From the NCBI RefSeq assembly GCF_002113885.1, contig NW_018407068.1:293849-357848 (forward strand): a stretch of DNA of 64,000 nt, written 5' to 3'. The stretch is from Mizuhopecten yessoensis. Lineage: Eukaryota. Positions 36,301 to 50,200 of the stretch are shown here, one piece after another (position 1 is the first letter of the stretch; each line of letters opens with the position of its first letter). The position numbers and the translations under genes are program-made. Below the pieces are notes generated by a model. It was given only the letters and a program-made list of their open reading frames with translations. It was not told the origin of the DNA and searched no databases.

Positions 36301-39004
36301 CCCTTTAGCTCAGTGGTAAAGCATCGGGCTGGAGAGTCGAGGGTTCCAGCCCCAGCGACGGCACTATCTTTATCACTATTCTCGTCCTACTACATTACAT
36401 CACTTCTAAACCTTCATCAAGGCAATCACTGATTTTACTCCATGAGAATCCGTAATTGATCGGTAGAGACCACCATCACATTCATATATGTATTTAATAT
36501 TGAGTCAGACTGTCAAAGGAAAATCCTTTAACATTGTCTCCTAATGAGTGACAGTTCAAGATGTTGGACACAAGAATGTGTATATAGTTCATTTTATCTG
36601 CCAACATAATCCCACAATTACCAACATTTACTGAAAATTCCAACACATATTTATTATTGTACAATAGAGGTCAAGACCTAACTGCTCTATACTCAAAATG
36701 TATTAAGGTCTTTGAGATGTAAATATTTAATGTTGATATGTTTTAGACAATATTGGATAGTAAACAACAACAAAATCCGAGCATAGAAATTAATTTTAAG
36801 GGCAGAATTTCAAAATCAATGTAGGCTAACTTGTATCTTAAACAACCAATATTTTGTCCTATATAATATGTATGTGTTATATAATATGTATGAAATAATA
36901 TATACCCCAAGAAGTACCTTGGACATAACTGTTTTTTGTTATCATCTTATCATATTGTTAATATATACGGTACATATAATACATCATGTATAAAGCAAGG
37001 TTTTGTTTCTTTCCTTTTTTTATAGACTTTTATGAAGGTGAAGATTTTACAGTTAGAGAAGTATCACAAGGCAAAAGAAGATGAAAGAGATGAAATAGAA
37101 CTTAATCCTATCAATGTGTTCCTTGAAGCTCTGGAAAACTGTCGCCCCAATGTTCATACAACTAGAGTCCTGCGAGGCGGGGTCATGTATGAGGTAAATT
37201 AATGTTTAGGATGTATTCTTCTGAAGTTTGAATGAGGTTCAAATCTCATGTTGATCTAGTGTTAAATGTTTTTTTTATGAAATGGTGTGTGTGACACACA
37301 GTGTAGGTGTGGTGTGCAACACATCCTTATAATGTGTAGATTTGGTATGAGACACATCATTGTGCTGTGTATGTGTGGTATGAGACACATCATTGTGCTG
37401 TGTAGATTTGGTACATTACACATCCTTGTAATGTGTATGTTTGGTATGAGACACATCCTTGTAATGTGTAGATTTGGTATGAGACACATCATTGTAATGT
37501 GTAGATATGGTATGAGACACATCCTTGTAATGTGTAGATTTGGTATGAGACACATCCTTGTAATGTGTAGATTTGGTATGAGACACATCATTGGAATGTG
37601 TAGATTTGGTATGAGACACATCATTGTGCTGTGTATGTGTGGTATGAGACACATCATTGTGCTGTGTAGATTTGGTATGAGACACATCATTTTAATGTGT
37701 AGATTTGGTATGAGACACATCATTGTAATATGTAGATTTGGTATGAGACACATCATTGTAATGTGTAGATATGGTATGAGACACATCCTTGTAATGTATA
37801 GATTTGGTATGAGACACATCCTTGTAATATGTAGATTTGGTATATTACACATCCTTGTAATGTGTAGATTTGGTATGAGTCACATTGTAATGTGTAGATT
37901 TCGTATGAGACACATCATTGTAATGTGTAGATTGAGACACATTGTGCTGTGTAGATTTGGTATATTACACATCCTTGTAATGTGTAGATTTGGTATGAGA
38001 CACATCATTGTGCTGTGTAGATTTGGTATGAGACACATCATTGTGATGTGTATGTGTGGTATGCGACACATCCTTGTGCTGTGTATATGCAGTGTATGAC
38101 ACATCCTTGTTTCTGTGCTGTGAAGTGTATGTCACATCTGTATGCGTAGGTACATCCTATGTAAGTGTGGTGTATTTTATACATCCTTTCTACTGTGTAT
38201 GTTAGGTTAGGTGTACTTAGGAAGTGTGGTGTATAACATATCACTTGCCTTGTTGGTAGCTGATACATTCTTGTGCTGTGTATATGCAGGTATCTGTGAG
38301 ATCATTATTGCTGATATTTATCGTATGATCGTTGTTTTCAGGTTCCCATTGCTTGTAATCCTAGCACACAAACAGCTAAAGCCATGAGGTTCCTTGTAAA
38401 AAGTGCTATGGAGAAGGAAAGGGAAACAAGATTCACAGATATGCTTGCCAGAGAGTTGATAGATGCGAGCAACAATGAGGCAAGAACTACTGTTATTCAT
38501 AAATGATACTCACAGTAGGATCAAACCAATTGGGTTTTTTTGTTTGACATATCTTAATTTCACATCATTTTGTCTGACAGCATTTTGGTTGTTGGTGTAT
38601 GTTTATTAATTTATATGATAGAAAGCTTGATAGAAACCCTGATATTCATACCAGACAAACTGATATTTAGCTGTACAGCTGTCTAGACAAATGCTTTTTT
38701 ATAACAAATAAGCAAATATTGCACTTCAATCCTTATGGACAATATATATAAGGCATTACATAATTAAGTGACATATCATTTTATATGTGATTGGTCACAT
38801 TTATGCTTCATGTAAGGACATTCTTTTACTTTTTTGTGTGTTTATTTTTGTCATAGTGCTGACAGTAACCATTTAGTTTCTGTACTTGTTGAAATCCTGA
38901 TTGGTTTTGTTTGTGTGTTTTAGGGTAAAAGTGTAAGAAAGAAGCAGGACCTACTGAAGCGCTGTGATGACAATAAAGCATTTTCCTCATTCAAGTTTTC
39001 ATGA
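30398..39004 (+). CDS. MRPS7: Mitochondrial ribosomal protein S7 (uS7m), 6 exons
   Basis: Exons 30398-30462, 32954-33121, 36083-36146, 37026-37193, 38342-38479 (GC donor) and 38924-39004 join in frame. uS7 motifs: KFINIVMKKGKKKLAR, ALENCRP...VLRGGVMYEVP, LARELIDASNNEGKSVRKKQDL. AATAAA signals follow the stop. Confidence 0.93.
33237..35788 (-). mobile_element. IS3EU-like DNA transposon remnant with TIRs and a decayed integrase-type transposase
   Basis: TIRs TATGAAAGCCTATT...CTCATTTTCTTAAGAGAAAAA and TTTTTCTCTTACGAAAATGAG.TCAATAGGCTTTCGTA. Minus-strand fragments 34602-34034 read YVSNAPDYVWHVDSYDTLKPYGIAINGCIDGYSRK. Flanks are ttgatt/tggatc. Confidence 0.7.
34650..35617 (+). mobile_element. HINE-like element (~155-bp core family) nested in the IS3EU-like element
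   Basis: Reverse complement of the 7717-8704 core; ends CCAGGTGAGCGATACAGGCCCTCTGGGCCTCTTGTT. Confidence 0.8.
36284..36395 (+). mobile_element. tRNA-derived SINE-like element, copy 2 (internal deletions)
   Basis: TAGCTCAGTGGTAAAGC A-box; shares 5' TCAGCTGTAGGGAATTTCCC and 3' GACGGCACTATCTTTATCACTA with copy 1. Confidence 0.75.
37287..38290. repeat. 33-bp minisatellite in MRPS7 intron 4
   Basis: Unit TGTGTAGATTTGGTATGAGACACATCATTGTAA; regular to about 38090, then decays towards the acceptor. Confidence 0.95.
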
Positions 39005-39509
39005 ATGAAGTCTCTCTGTATGAACTGTTTGATCAATAAAGAATGTCAGCTTGTACAGACTTGGGTCTCAGTCCTTAGAAGGACCTTCCTCCTGCATCTT
39101 CAGTGTATATAGACCTGGATATCCTGACACATCTACTTGGGAGTAATAAATTTGGAATAAATTGATTTTTTACAATCAAAGTCAAAGCTAAGAAAATCTA
39201 AAGAATATGTTATTTACAGCTAATTTTTTCCAGCATAACCTCTGGTTCCAGATATCTTCAAGCAATGAATAATGATGTTAGCAGTGATTGCTGATCAAAG
39301 AGGGGTGGGGGTTTACAGGTTGTCTGTCTGTCCTTAAACGTAATCTTGCCCCGTGTGCGTACTCCTTCCTGCCAACTTGACTGATTTGTACATTAGGATT
39401 TTTTTCAATGGCAAGATATTTTGTGTTTCAGACATTTTATTGGTATTGTACCTCATTTCTTAATTTTTGAGTGGAATTGAATTATTTAATGCCAATGGCA
39501 TACACTTCT

Positions 39510-39592
39510 AGCACAGGTACAAGCCTTGTCCGTCAATACACCCAATAGTTTATATTATGGGTGTATTGACAGACGAGGTTAGTACCTGTGCT
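39510..39592. repeat. 83-bp hairpin palindrome
   Basis: AGCACAGGTAC...GTCAATACACCCA pairs with TGGGTGTATTGAC...GTACCTGTGCT. Confidence 0.8.
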
Positions 39593-41238
39593 TCTAGTTT
39601 TAACATTGTTTGAGAGAATTTTAAAAGAAAGTTCACGTCCTTTATAAAGTAACAAAAACTGGAAGTATCTGATGTTTTAGAGATCATGCGTTTGTAACCT
39701 TTGTTGAGACAGTGCTAGCATATTTCAAATATCTACACAGAAGTGATTGTTATTTTTTCTACTTTGTTATAATCAACTTTAAACATGTTAAATAACCAAG
39801 TCATTTGCAGGTGTTCTGAACAGCTATGTTTATTTGGTGCAAAATGTCTTAATTCCATTAATTTTGTAGAGTCAAAAAATGTGAAATAGTCAAATATCAT
39901 TTTGGGGCCTCAAAAAAGCCCAGGTCAAGTGAGTGCTGGCATATTGCAAATAACTACACCAAAGTGATTAGGTGTTTTTCCTCTACCAATTTATTTACTA
40001 TAAATACATCACAAAGTCAAATGCAGGCAATCTGAGCAAATGGCTGCACTGAACTTCACAAATGCCTGTAATCAAATTAAGCGTTGGTGCAGAATCTGTT
40101 GTCCATCCAATGTTGACATTCTTTAAGTCTTCAGCAAGCTACTGGCCAGATATGATGACTTCAAGCCCTTGCCATTCTCCAGGTGCAGTTTCAATAAAAT
40201 TCATAGCATGCGAAGTACTGACCAAGTGTAACGACTCTAGGCCTTGTCGATTTTCAGATGTAGTTAAAGTGGTTTAACAAAGGAGGGGTGCCCAATTTGG
40301 GCTTTCTGGTGGCTATCACCTATAAGTTTTATTTTTTGTATATTCATACCTTGGGGTTATGCCTTCATAATATGGCATGAAATGAAGATCAGCTTGGAGA
40401 CCATTCTGAGATATCAGGGGGGTAAAGTGTGGGATCAAAATCACAAATGGGCGCTTTTTGGCAAAACTACATGTTATTTTTTAAAAGTTTCTTCATCATT
40501 TTGGTGTATTGCATAACACTTAAGCTTCAAATATTAAAAATTATCGAAAAAGAACAGCACATTGTTGATAAGTAGGTCACTGTGACCTTGTTATATATTG
40601 GATTAATAATGTCAACAATTCTTTCTTTTTTTGTGCCTAAATACATATTAGAACCATACAATAATATTACCAAATTGTATTAATAAGTATCTAAACCAAA
40701 CCTGCTGCCAAATTCCCTTTAAATCTTTTCGATTTAATAAAATATTCTGAAATTAGCTCTAGGCCATGGTTCTTCAGAAAATATGTTTGAGTGCGAAACT
40801 TGACCCGTGACCTTCAATGAATCAAAGCCATTTCATTTTCGCAAATAAGTGACAACGAGACCTTGAAAAGTCATAAGTTTACTTTGTTTTCTCATGCCCC
40901 TATTATCAGTGCAGTGGCTTAAAGAATATTCACAATGAAGTGCTAACTCTGCACAATGAAAATCCATCACAATGACCTCCATAGTGCGATCAGTCAAGCT
41001 GTCATCATGTTTATAGTAGTTACTTTAATAGGGCAGTGCATGCAGGTCCTGTTGTGGTTGGGATTTCTTATATAGTGGTAAATTATGCTGACAATAGTTG
41101 CGGCACCTCATACTGCATTTTATCCTCAATAGTACTTATGCTGATGTATCGACTTATTGGCAATATTTGTTGCGCCTCAATATGACTTAGTCATTTTAAA
41201 GTGGCGTTGAATTAATATGGATATCAACTTAGTTGTCC

Positions 41239-44200
41239 TCATGGTGCTAGTAGTTGGGATGCTTCAATCATTCCTGCATCTCGAAGCGCCTTCTCCAACT
41301 CTTTGCTGTTAGTCTGACCTCCGGACTTTTCTCTATACTTCATTAAGATCAATGTTGCCTGAAAATACAATTGAAAGGAAAGTCATTGATGTTACAATGG
41401 ATTGATCTTAATGACTATAACTTTGCATGTCTTCTCGAAAATCTGATACAAACTAACATTACTTTCATGAAGATGATAAACATTGGTACAACTTAACACT
41501 GTCCTATCCTGATACAAATGGGTACTGTTCTATCCTGATACAAATGGGTACTGTTCTATCCCGATACAAATGGGTACTGTTCTCTCCTGACACAACTGGG
41601 CGAGACCTTGAAAAGTCATAAGTGGGTACTGTTCTATCCTGACACAACTGGGTCCTGTTCTATCCTGACACAACTGGGTACTGTTCTATCCTGACACAAC
41701 TGGGTACCATCCTATCCCGACACAACTGGGTACCGTTCTATCCTGATACAAATGGGTACTGTTCTATCCTGACACAACTGGGTACCGTCATATCCTGATA
41801 CTAATGGGTACCATCCTATCCTGACACAACTTGGTACCGTTCTATCCTGATACAAATGGGTACCATCCTATCCTGACTCAACTGGGTATCGTCATTTCCT
41901 GATACTAATGGGTACCATCCTATCCTGACACAACTGGGTACCATTCTATCCTGATACAAATAGAAACCGTTCTATACTGACATAACTGGGAACCGTTCTA
42001 TCCTGATACAAATGGGTACCATCCTATCCTGACACAACGTGGTATCGTCATATCCTGACACAACTGGGTACCGTTCTATCCTGATACAAATGGGTACCAT
42101 CCTATCCTGACACAACTGGGTACCGTTCTATACTGATACAACTGGGTATTGTTCTATCCTGACACAACTGGGTACCGTTCTATCCTGATACAAATGGGTA
42201 CCATCCTTTCCTGACACAACTGGGTATCGTTCTATCCTGATACTAATGGGTACCATCCTATCCTGACACAACTGGGTACCGTTCTATACTGATACAACTG
42301 GGTACCGTTCTATCCTGACACAACTGGGTACCGTTCTATCCTGATACTAATGGGGACCATCCTATCCTGACACAAATGGGTACTGTCCTATCCCGATACA
42401 ACTGGGTATCGTCATATCCTGATACAAATGGGTATCTTCGTATCATTATACAAATGTGTACCGTCTTATGCTGATACAACTGGATACCGTCCTATCCTGA
42501 CACAAATGGGTACTGTCCTATCCTGATACAAATGGGTACCATCCTATCCTGACACAACTGTGTACCGTTCTATACTGATACAACTGGGTACCGTTCTATC
42601 CCGACACAACTGGGTCCCGTTCTATCCTGATACTAATGGGTACCATCCTATCCTGACACAACCGGGTACCGTTCTATACTGATACAAATGGGTACCATCT
42701 TATCCTGACACAACTGGATACCGTTCTATCCTGATACAAATAGGTACCATCCTATCCTGACACAAATGGGAACCGTCTTATGGTGAAACAAATGGGTACT
42801 GTTCTATCCCGATACAACTGGGTATCGTCATATCCTGATACAAATGGGTATCTTCATATCATTATACAAATGTGTACCGTCTTATGCTGATACAACTGGA
42901 TACCGTCCTATCCTGATACAACTTAATTGATACCATCCTATCCTGATACAACTTGGTACCATCCTATCCTGATACATCTCAATTGGTACCATCCTATCCT
43001 GATACAACTTGGTACCGTCCTATCCTGATGGAACTTGGTACCGTCCTATGCTGATACAACTGGGTACCGTCCTATACTGATACAACTGGGTACCATCCTA
43101 TCCTGATACAACCTGGTACTGTCCTATCCTGATACAACTGGGTACCATCCTATCCTGATACAACCTGGTACTGTCCTATCCTGATACAACTGGGTACCCT
43201 TCTATGCTGATACAAATTGGTACCGTCCTATGCTGATACAACTTGGTATCGTCCTATGCTGATACAACTGGGTACTGTCCTATGCTGATACAACTGGGTA
43301 CCGTCCGATAAGATGGTACTGTCCTATCCTGATACAACTGGGTACCCTTCTATGCTGATACAAATTGGTACCGTCCTATGCTGATACAACTTGGTATCGT
43401 CCTATGCTGATACAACTGGGTACTGTCCTATGCTGATACAACTGGGTACCGTTCTATGCTGATACAACTGGGTACCGTCCTATGCTGATACAACGGGGTA
43501 CCGTCCTATGCTGATACAACTGGGTACCGTCCTATGCTGATACAACTGGGGACCATCCTATCCTGATACAACCTGGTACTGTCCTATCCTGATACAACTG
43601 GGTACCGTTCTATGCTGATACAAATGGGTACCGTCCTATCCTGATACAACTTGGTACCGTCCTATGCTGATACAACTTGGTACCGTCCTATGTTGATACA
43701 ACTTGGTACCGTCCTATGCTGATACAACTGGGAACCGTCCTATGCTGATACAACTTTGTACCGTCCTATGCTGATACAACTTGGTACCGTCCTATGCTGA
43801 TACAACTTGGTACCGTCCTATGCTGATACAACTGGGTACCGTCCTATGCTAATACAACTTGGTACCGTCCTATGCTGATACAACTTGGTACCGTCCTATG
43901 CCGATACAACTTGGCACCGTCCTATGCTGATACAACTGGGTACCGTCCTATCCTGATACAACTGGGTACCGTTCTATGCTGATACAACTGGGTACCGTCC
44001 TATGCTGATACAACTTGGCACCGTCCTATGCTGATACACCTTGGTACCGTCCTATACACAACTTGGTACCGTCCTATGCTGATACAACTGGGTACCGTCC
44101 TATCCTGAGAGACTCAAGTCAGGATTACGAGCACTACTGTGTTCAAATTTAAGGAATGACAGGTTCGAATGAATCCGGAAAGGAATTGACAAGCTAGACA

Positions 44201-47200
44201 GGCACAACTTGTTTAACAAATTAACTTATTTCAGTACTAAGCGATATCATCTAGATAGGAACCAAGAAGGATTAAAGTAGCCAGTGAAACTCTTTGTCGT
44301 AGAGTCGTAGATCTTTGGAAATGTCTACCAAATGACGTAATTGAAAATGCAGTATGACGCAATCGGATAATGAAACACAGTTGAAATCGTAACTAAAGAA
44401 GTATTCTGCTAGTTATTGCTGTCGACATAATGGTTATACCAGAGACATATAAAGCCAGTAGTATATATACATCTCTGGTTATACCAATGCGCCATAAAAA
44501 AGAACCAGAAGCCCCTATAAATCAAAAGAAAACACACCAGGAACCCACATAAATCCTGTGTCGTTCAGGATGTCCCCTTACATACCAAACTATGCCGTTA
44601 ATCAGGACTGCTGTATAGCATCTTGGGTATTATGTCACAGCAGATAAAGTCCACCCATGCTTATGTTACAAAGCCCTTTCCGGGACAAAATCCTGGCTAC
44701 TTGAAAGGGAATTTTACCGTTCTCTTTGTTCAATCAATCCGTTTAAATTTTGTTAATTTGTATTTAAAACTAACCAGATGCTTATTATCCCGAGATTTCC
44801 CCTTCAATTCGTCATAGTCCTCCTTGGTGAGGCCAAGCTTATTGCAAAGGCGTTCCAGATCCTTGGTATAGATCTTATCTGTCAGGTGCTTGATGGTACG
44901 GTCGGACGGGCTGGCTCGTGCCGTCGAAAACCCGCCGATAAAGGTGCTCGGTGAGGGGGTCGGTGCCGCGCTAGTTTCTCCACTGGCCAGCGCCACGTCC
45001 ATCTGGAACTGTACAACGCAATATCTTGTAAGAAAAATACATAGAAAACAGTTTGTCCATTTTAGTATGGAAATTGGGAAATGATTTCCAGTATGGAGTT
45101 TCAGTGGAAAAGGATGAGAAAGTTTTAGTCTAAGGGGATAGTTAGTCTAAATTGAAGGGGATAAAATGGGATGCAAATGGATGCTAATCTTAGAGAAAAA
45201 GTGGTTGAGGGTGAGCATTATTTGCAATACCAACCTCGGGTAAGTCTTCGTAGAGACGTTCCCTCATGTAATTTGGCAACACTTCGAACTGAAGAACTTG
45301 CTGAAGTATTTCTTCAGATATGGCTCTTTTAATTCCGTCGACAAACTCCTTCTCGCTAAAGTTTCCTGTGTAAATTTTAGTTGAAATTTTAAATGAATTT
45401 TAAATGAATATAGAAGCTTTCTTCAGATGCTGTAGAGATTTTTTTAATCATTTTTAATAACCAACATGTGTAACACTTCGATAACTGAATGCAATATTAA
45501 ATGTAGCAAAACATAACGCAACGCCCATTCAGTCTGTAATATGGAAGAGCCTCGTCTGTCAGGACAATAACCTAGTATTTACAATATTCAGTATTATACG
45601 AGTTACCAACGAAGAATAATACGAACGTTGACTGTTGAACTCACCATTTTTGTCCGAGTCCATTTGGTTAAACACGACGTCCGCAATTCCAGGTATGGCC
45701 TTGCAAAAGACTGACATTCTTACAAACATGCAATAAGGAAATGTCCATTAACTAGAATTCCTTCAAAATTCGAGATAATATCTAATAAAAAAAATCTGTA
45801 CTTTTACAAATGTTTCAAATGCGAAATAGTACGTTTGACGTTAAAGTGATGTCAATTTTTGTTCGGTTTTATTGTCGTCTGATATCTTGCATAAGAAAAA
45901 AACTATGGCCATAGTTCAAGGGTTGTGATGAGAAATCGGCGCATCTCTGTCCGTTATAAAAAGAAGATAAATATGTACAACATGTCGCCTGTAAGCTCTT
46001 GATATGGCCAAAAATACGCTTACCTTTTTATCTTCTGGGTTGTGATATACTATTTCCAAGACCTTTATAAAGTTTGCCCGTGTCACATTCTTTGCACTTC
46101 CTAGCAGGTTGAAAATAGCTGAAGCAGATAAAACAACCATAAAAAACTCTCAGAATGTCCCACTTAATATTAATCGTGCTTACTTCAATATTAATCTGAA
46201 TAAAATAAAAAATGGCCATTTAAAAACGTTTATATACGATATCGACATTTCGTCATTCTGCAGGACTGGTATATGCACAAATAAAAAATTCCAACTACAT
46301 ACAAAAATTACTATAACTCGTGCCTCCCACACAGAAATGTCCTTCATACAACAATTACTATAACCCTCGTGCCTCCCACACAGAAATATCTTTCATACAA
46401 CAATTACTATAACTTTCGTGCCTCCCACACAGAAATGTCCTTCATACAATAATTACTATAACTCGTGCCTCCCACACAGAAATGTCCTTCATACAACAAT
46501 TACTATAACCCGCGTGCCTCCCACACAGAAATGTCCTTCATACAACAATTACTATACCCCTCGTGCCTCCCACACAGAAATGTCCTTCATACAACAATTA
46601 CAATAACTCTCGTGCCTCCCACACCGAAATGCAAACCTCAGAGTTTGGTTTCTTTGGTTCTATTACTCAGTATACAACATACTCTTCTGCCTTGCACACA
46701 GAAGTACGAACCTCGCAGCTTGGTGTCCGTGTCTCCAGCCTCACACCACTTCATCCCTCGAAGGAAATTCTCAAATGTCAACTTCTTTTTACTAGACAGG
46801 AACATCTTCAATATCTAAAAAAAAAGTTCTAGATTTTTAAAAAGTTCAAATACGTTTTCAAGTCTTTGTTATGATATTTCAACAGTACTATTATTGTGAC
46901 TAGCCTGTCTTAAACATTTAATTATCAATAAGGTATTGTCTGAACAGCCTCATAACTAATTATTGGTCATATTAAAAAATGCATGCAACAGACGCACACA
47001 TTTTTTTTTAAATTTGGTAATTCATAACAAATGCCAACTATGAATTGCAATGCAATATATATTTTTTTTCATTCTAGGACTCAACGGTGATGCTAGGGGC
47101 CAGACAAATAAACAATCAAAATTGTCTAAGCTACTGTTGAAACAGAGGGGCATGTGCGTAAAACCCCTTAATTTATTAATTTAAAAATGTAGAGGAGTAC

Positions 47201-50200
47201 TATTCATTTCAAATTAAATCATCTGTAAAGTGTGTATATTATATCATCTGTAAAGTGTGTATATTATATCATCTTATATCATCTGCAAAGTGTGTATGTT
47301 ATATCATCTGTAAAGTGTGTATGTTATATCATCTGTAAAGTGTGTATATTATATCATCTGTAAAATGTGTATATTATATCATCTGTAAAGTGTGTATGTT
47401 ATATCATCTGTAAAGTGTGTATGTTATATCATCTGTAAAGTGTGTATATTATATCATCTGTAAAGTGTGTATATTATATCATCTGTAAAGTGTGTATATT
47501 ATATCATCTGTAAAGTGTGTATATTATATCATCTGTAAAGTGTGTATATTATATCATCTGTAAAGTGTGTATATTATATCATCTGTAAAGTGTGTATATT
47601 ATATCATCTGTAAAGTGTGTATATTATATCATCTGTAAAGTGTGTATATTATATCATCTGTAAAGTGTGTATATTATATCATCTGTAAAGTGTGTATATT
47701 ATATCATCTGTAAAGTGTGTATATTATATCATCTGTAAAGTGTGTATATTATATCATCTGTAAAGTGTGTATATTATATCATCTGTAAAGTGTGTATATT
47801 ATATCATCTGTAAAGTGTGTATATTATATCATTTGTAAAGTGTGTTTATTATATCATCTGTAAAGTGTGTATATTATATCATCTGTAAAGTGTGTATATT
47901 ATATCATCTGTAAAGTGTGTATATTATATTATCTGTAAAGTGTGTATATTATATTATCTGTAAAGTGTGTATGTTATGAACCGTGCTACTACTCAAAAGA
48001 TGTAACTGTGGCCATCAATGTTTTCATCAATGAAATAATTTACTTCAATAAAGGAAAATATAATATACACTTTTTACCGTTTTAAAATTACGCCGAGATA
48101 CAAAAACTGTCCATCCATTGAGAAATGTGTCGTGCCCCATTTCACTCGTCCCTTGACAAAAACATCGTTTGTAAAGGGATATACTCACCGGTTTGTGAAG
48201 GCGTCTTGTTTGATAAAACAACCTCATTCTTTACTCATGAGTTTACTCACCTCTCCCTTGAACAATACACTTTGAAGATGGCGTCATAGATGTTGGGTGT
48301 ACTCGCCCCCTTTGAAGAAGGCGTCATATTTGTGGGGTGTACTCACCCCTTCGACGAATGCATCATTTTTGTGTGGTGTAATCACCCCTTTGACGAAGGC
48401 ATGCTGTTTGTGGGGTGTACTCACCCCTTTCACGAAGGCATACTGTTTGTAGGGTGTACTCACCCCTTTGACGAAGGCAAACTGTTTGTAGGATGTACTC
48501 ACGCCCTTTGACGAAGGCATACTGTTTGTGGGGTGTACTCACCCCCTTTGACGAAGGAATACTATTTGTGGGGTGTACTCGCCCCCTTTGACGAAGGCAT
48601 ACTGTTTGTGGGGTGTACTCACCCCCTTTGACGAAGGCATACTGTTTGTGGGGTGTAATCACCCCTTTGACGAAGGCATACTGTCTTTGGGGTGTACTCA
48701 CTCCCTTTGACGAAGGCATACTGTTTGTAGGGTGTACTCACCCCTTTGACGAAGGCAAACTGTTGGTAGGGTGTACTCATGCCCTTTGACGAAGGCATAC
48801 TGTTTGTGGGGTGTACTCACCCCCTTTGACGAAGGCATACTGTTTGTTGGGTGTACTCACCCCTTTGACGAATGCATACTGTTTGTAGGGTGTACTCTCC
48901 CCTTTGACGAAGGCAAACTGTTTGTAGGGTGTACTCACCCCCTTGACGAAGGCATACTGTCTGTGGGGTGTAGTCACCCCCTTTGACGAAGGCATGCTGT
49001 TTTTAGGGTTTTCCCACCCCCTTGGACGAAGGTAACTGTCTGTGGGGCGCACTCACCCCCTTTGACGAAGGCATCCTGTTTGTGGGGTGTAATCACCCTT
49101 TTGTCGAAGGCATACTGTTTGTAGGGGGTACTCACCCCTTTGGCGAAGGGAAACTGTTTGTAGGGTGTACTCACCCCCTTGGACGAAGGTAACTGTCTGT
49201 GGGGTGCACTCACCCCCTTTGACGAAGGCATACTGTTTGTGGGGCGTACTCACCCCTTTGACGAAGGCATACTGTCTGTGGGGTGTACTCACCCCCTTTG
49301 ACGAAGGCATACTGTATGTGGGGTGTACTCGCCCCCTTTGACGAAGGCATACTGTTTGTGGGGTGTACTCACCCCATCGACGAAGGCGTCATATTTGTTG
49401 GGTGTACCCACCCCCTTTGACGAAGGCGTCATATTTGTGGGATGTACTCACCCCTTTGACGAAGGGATACTGTTTGTGGGGCTTACTCACCCCCTTTGAA
49501 GAAGGCCTCTGTTTGTGGGGTGTACTCACCCTTTTGACGAAGGCATACTGTCTGTGGGGTGTACTCACCCCCTTTGACGAAGGCATACTGTTTGTTGGGT
49601 GTACTCACCCCTTTGACGAAGGCGTCATATTTGTTTGGGTTCTCACCCATTTGACGAAGGCGTCATATTTGTAGGATGTACTCACCCCTTTGACGAAGGC
49701 GTCATATATGTGGGGTGTACTCACTCCTTTGTCGAAGGCATACTGTTTGTAGGGTGTAATCACCCCTTTGACGAAGGCATACTGTTTGTGGGGTGTAGTC
49801 ACCCCCTTTCACGAAGGCGTACTGTATTTGGGGTGTACTCACCTCTTTGACGAAGGCGTTATATTTGTTGGGTGTACTCACCCCCTTTGACGAAGGCATA
49901 CTGTTTGTAGGGTGTACTCACCCCTTTGACGAAGGCAAAATGTTTGTAGGGTGTACTCACCCCCTTTTGAACGCCCTTTGACGAAGGCAAACTGTTTGTA
50001 GGGTGTCCTCACCCCTTTGCCGAAGGCGTCATATTTGTGTGGTGTACTCACCCCCTATGCATCATTTTTGTGTGGTGTAATCACCCCTTCGACGAAGGCA
50101 TACTGTATGTGGGGTGTACTCATCCGTTTGACAAAGGCATACTTGGGGTGTACTCACCCTTTTGACGAAGGCGTTCTGTCTGTGGGGTGTACTCACGCCT

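Noticed and set aside
37262-38104. 270-aa and 196-aa Cys/His/Met-rich repeat ORFs
   Set aside because: Translations of a 33-bp minisatellite inside MRPS7 intron 4, open on both strands.
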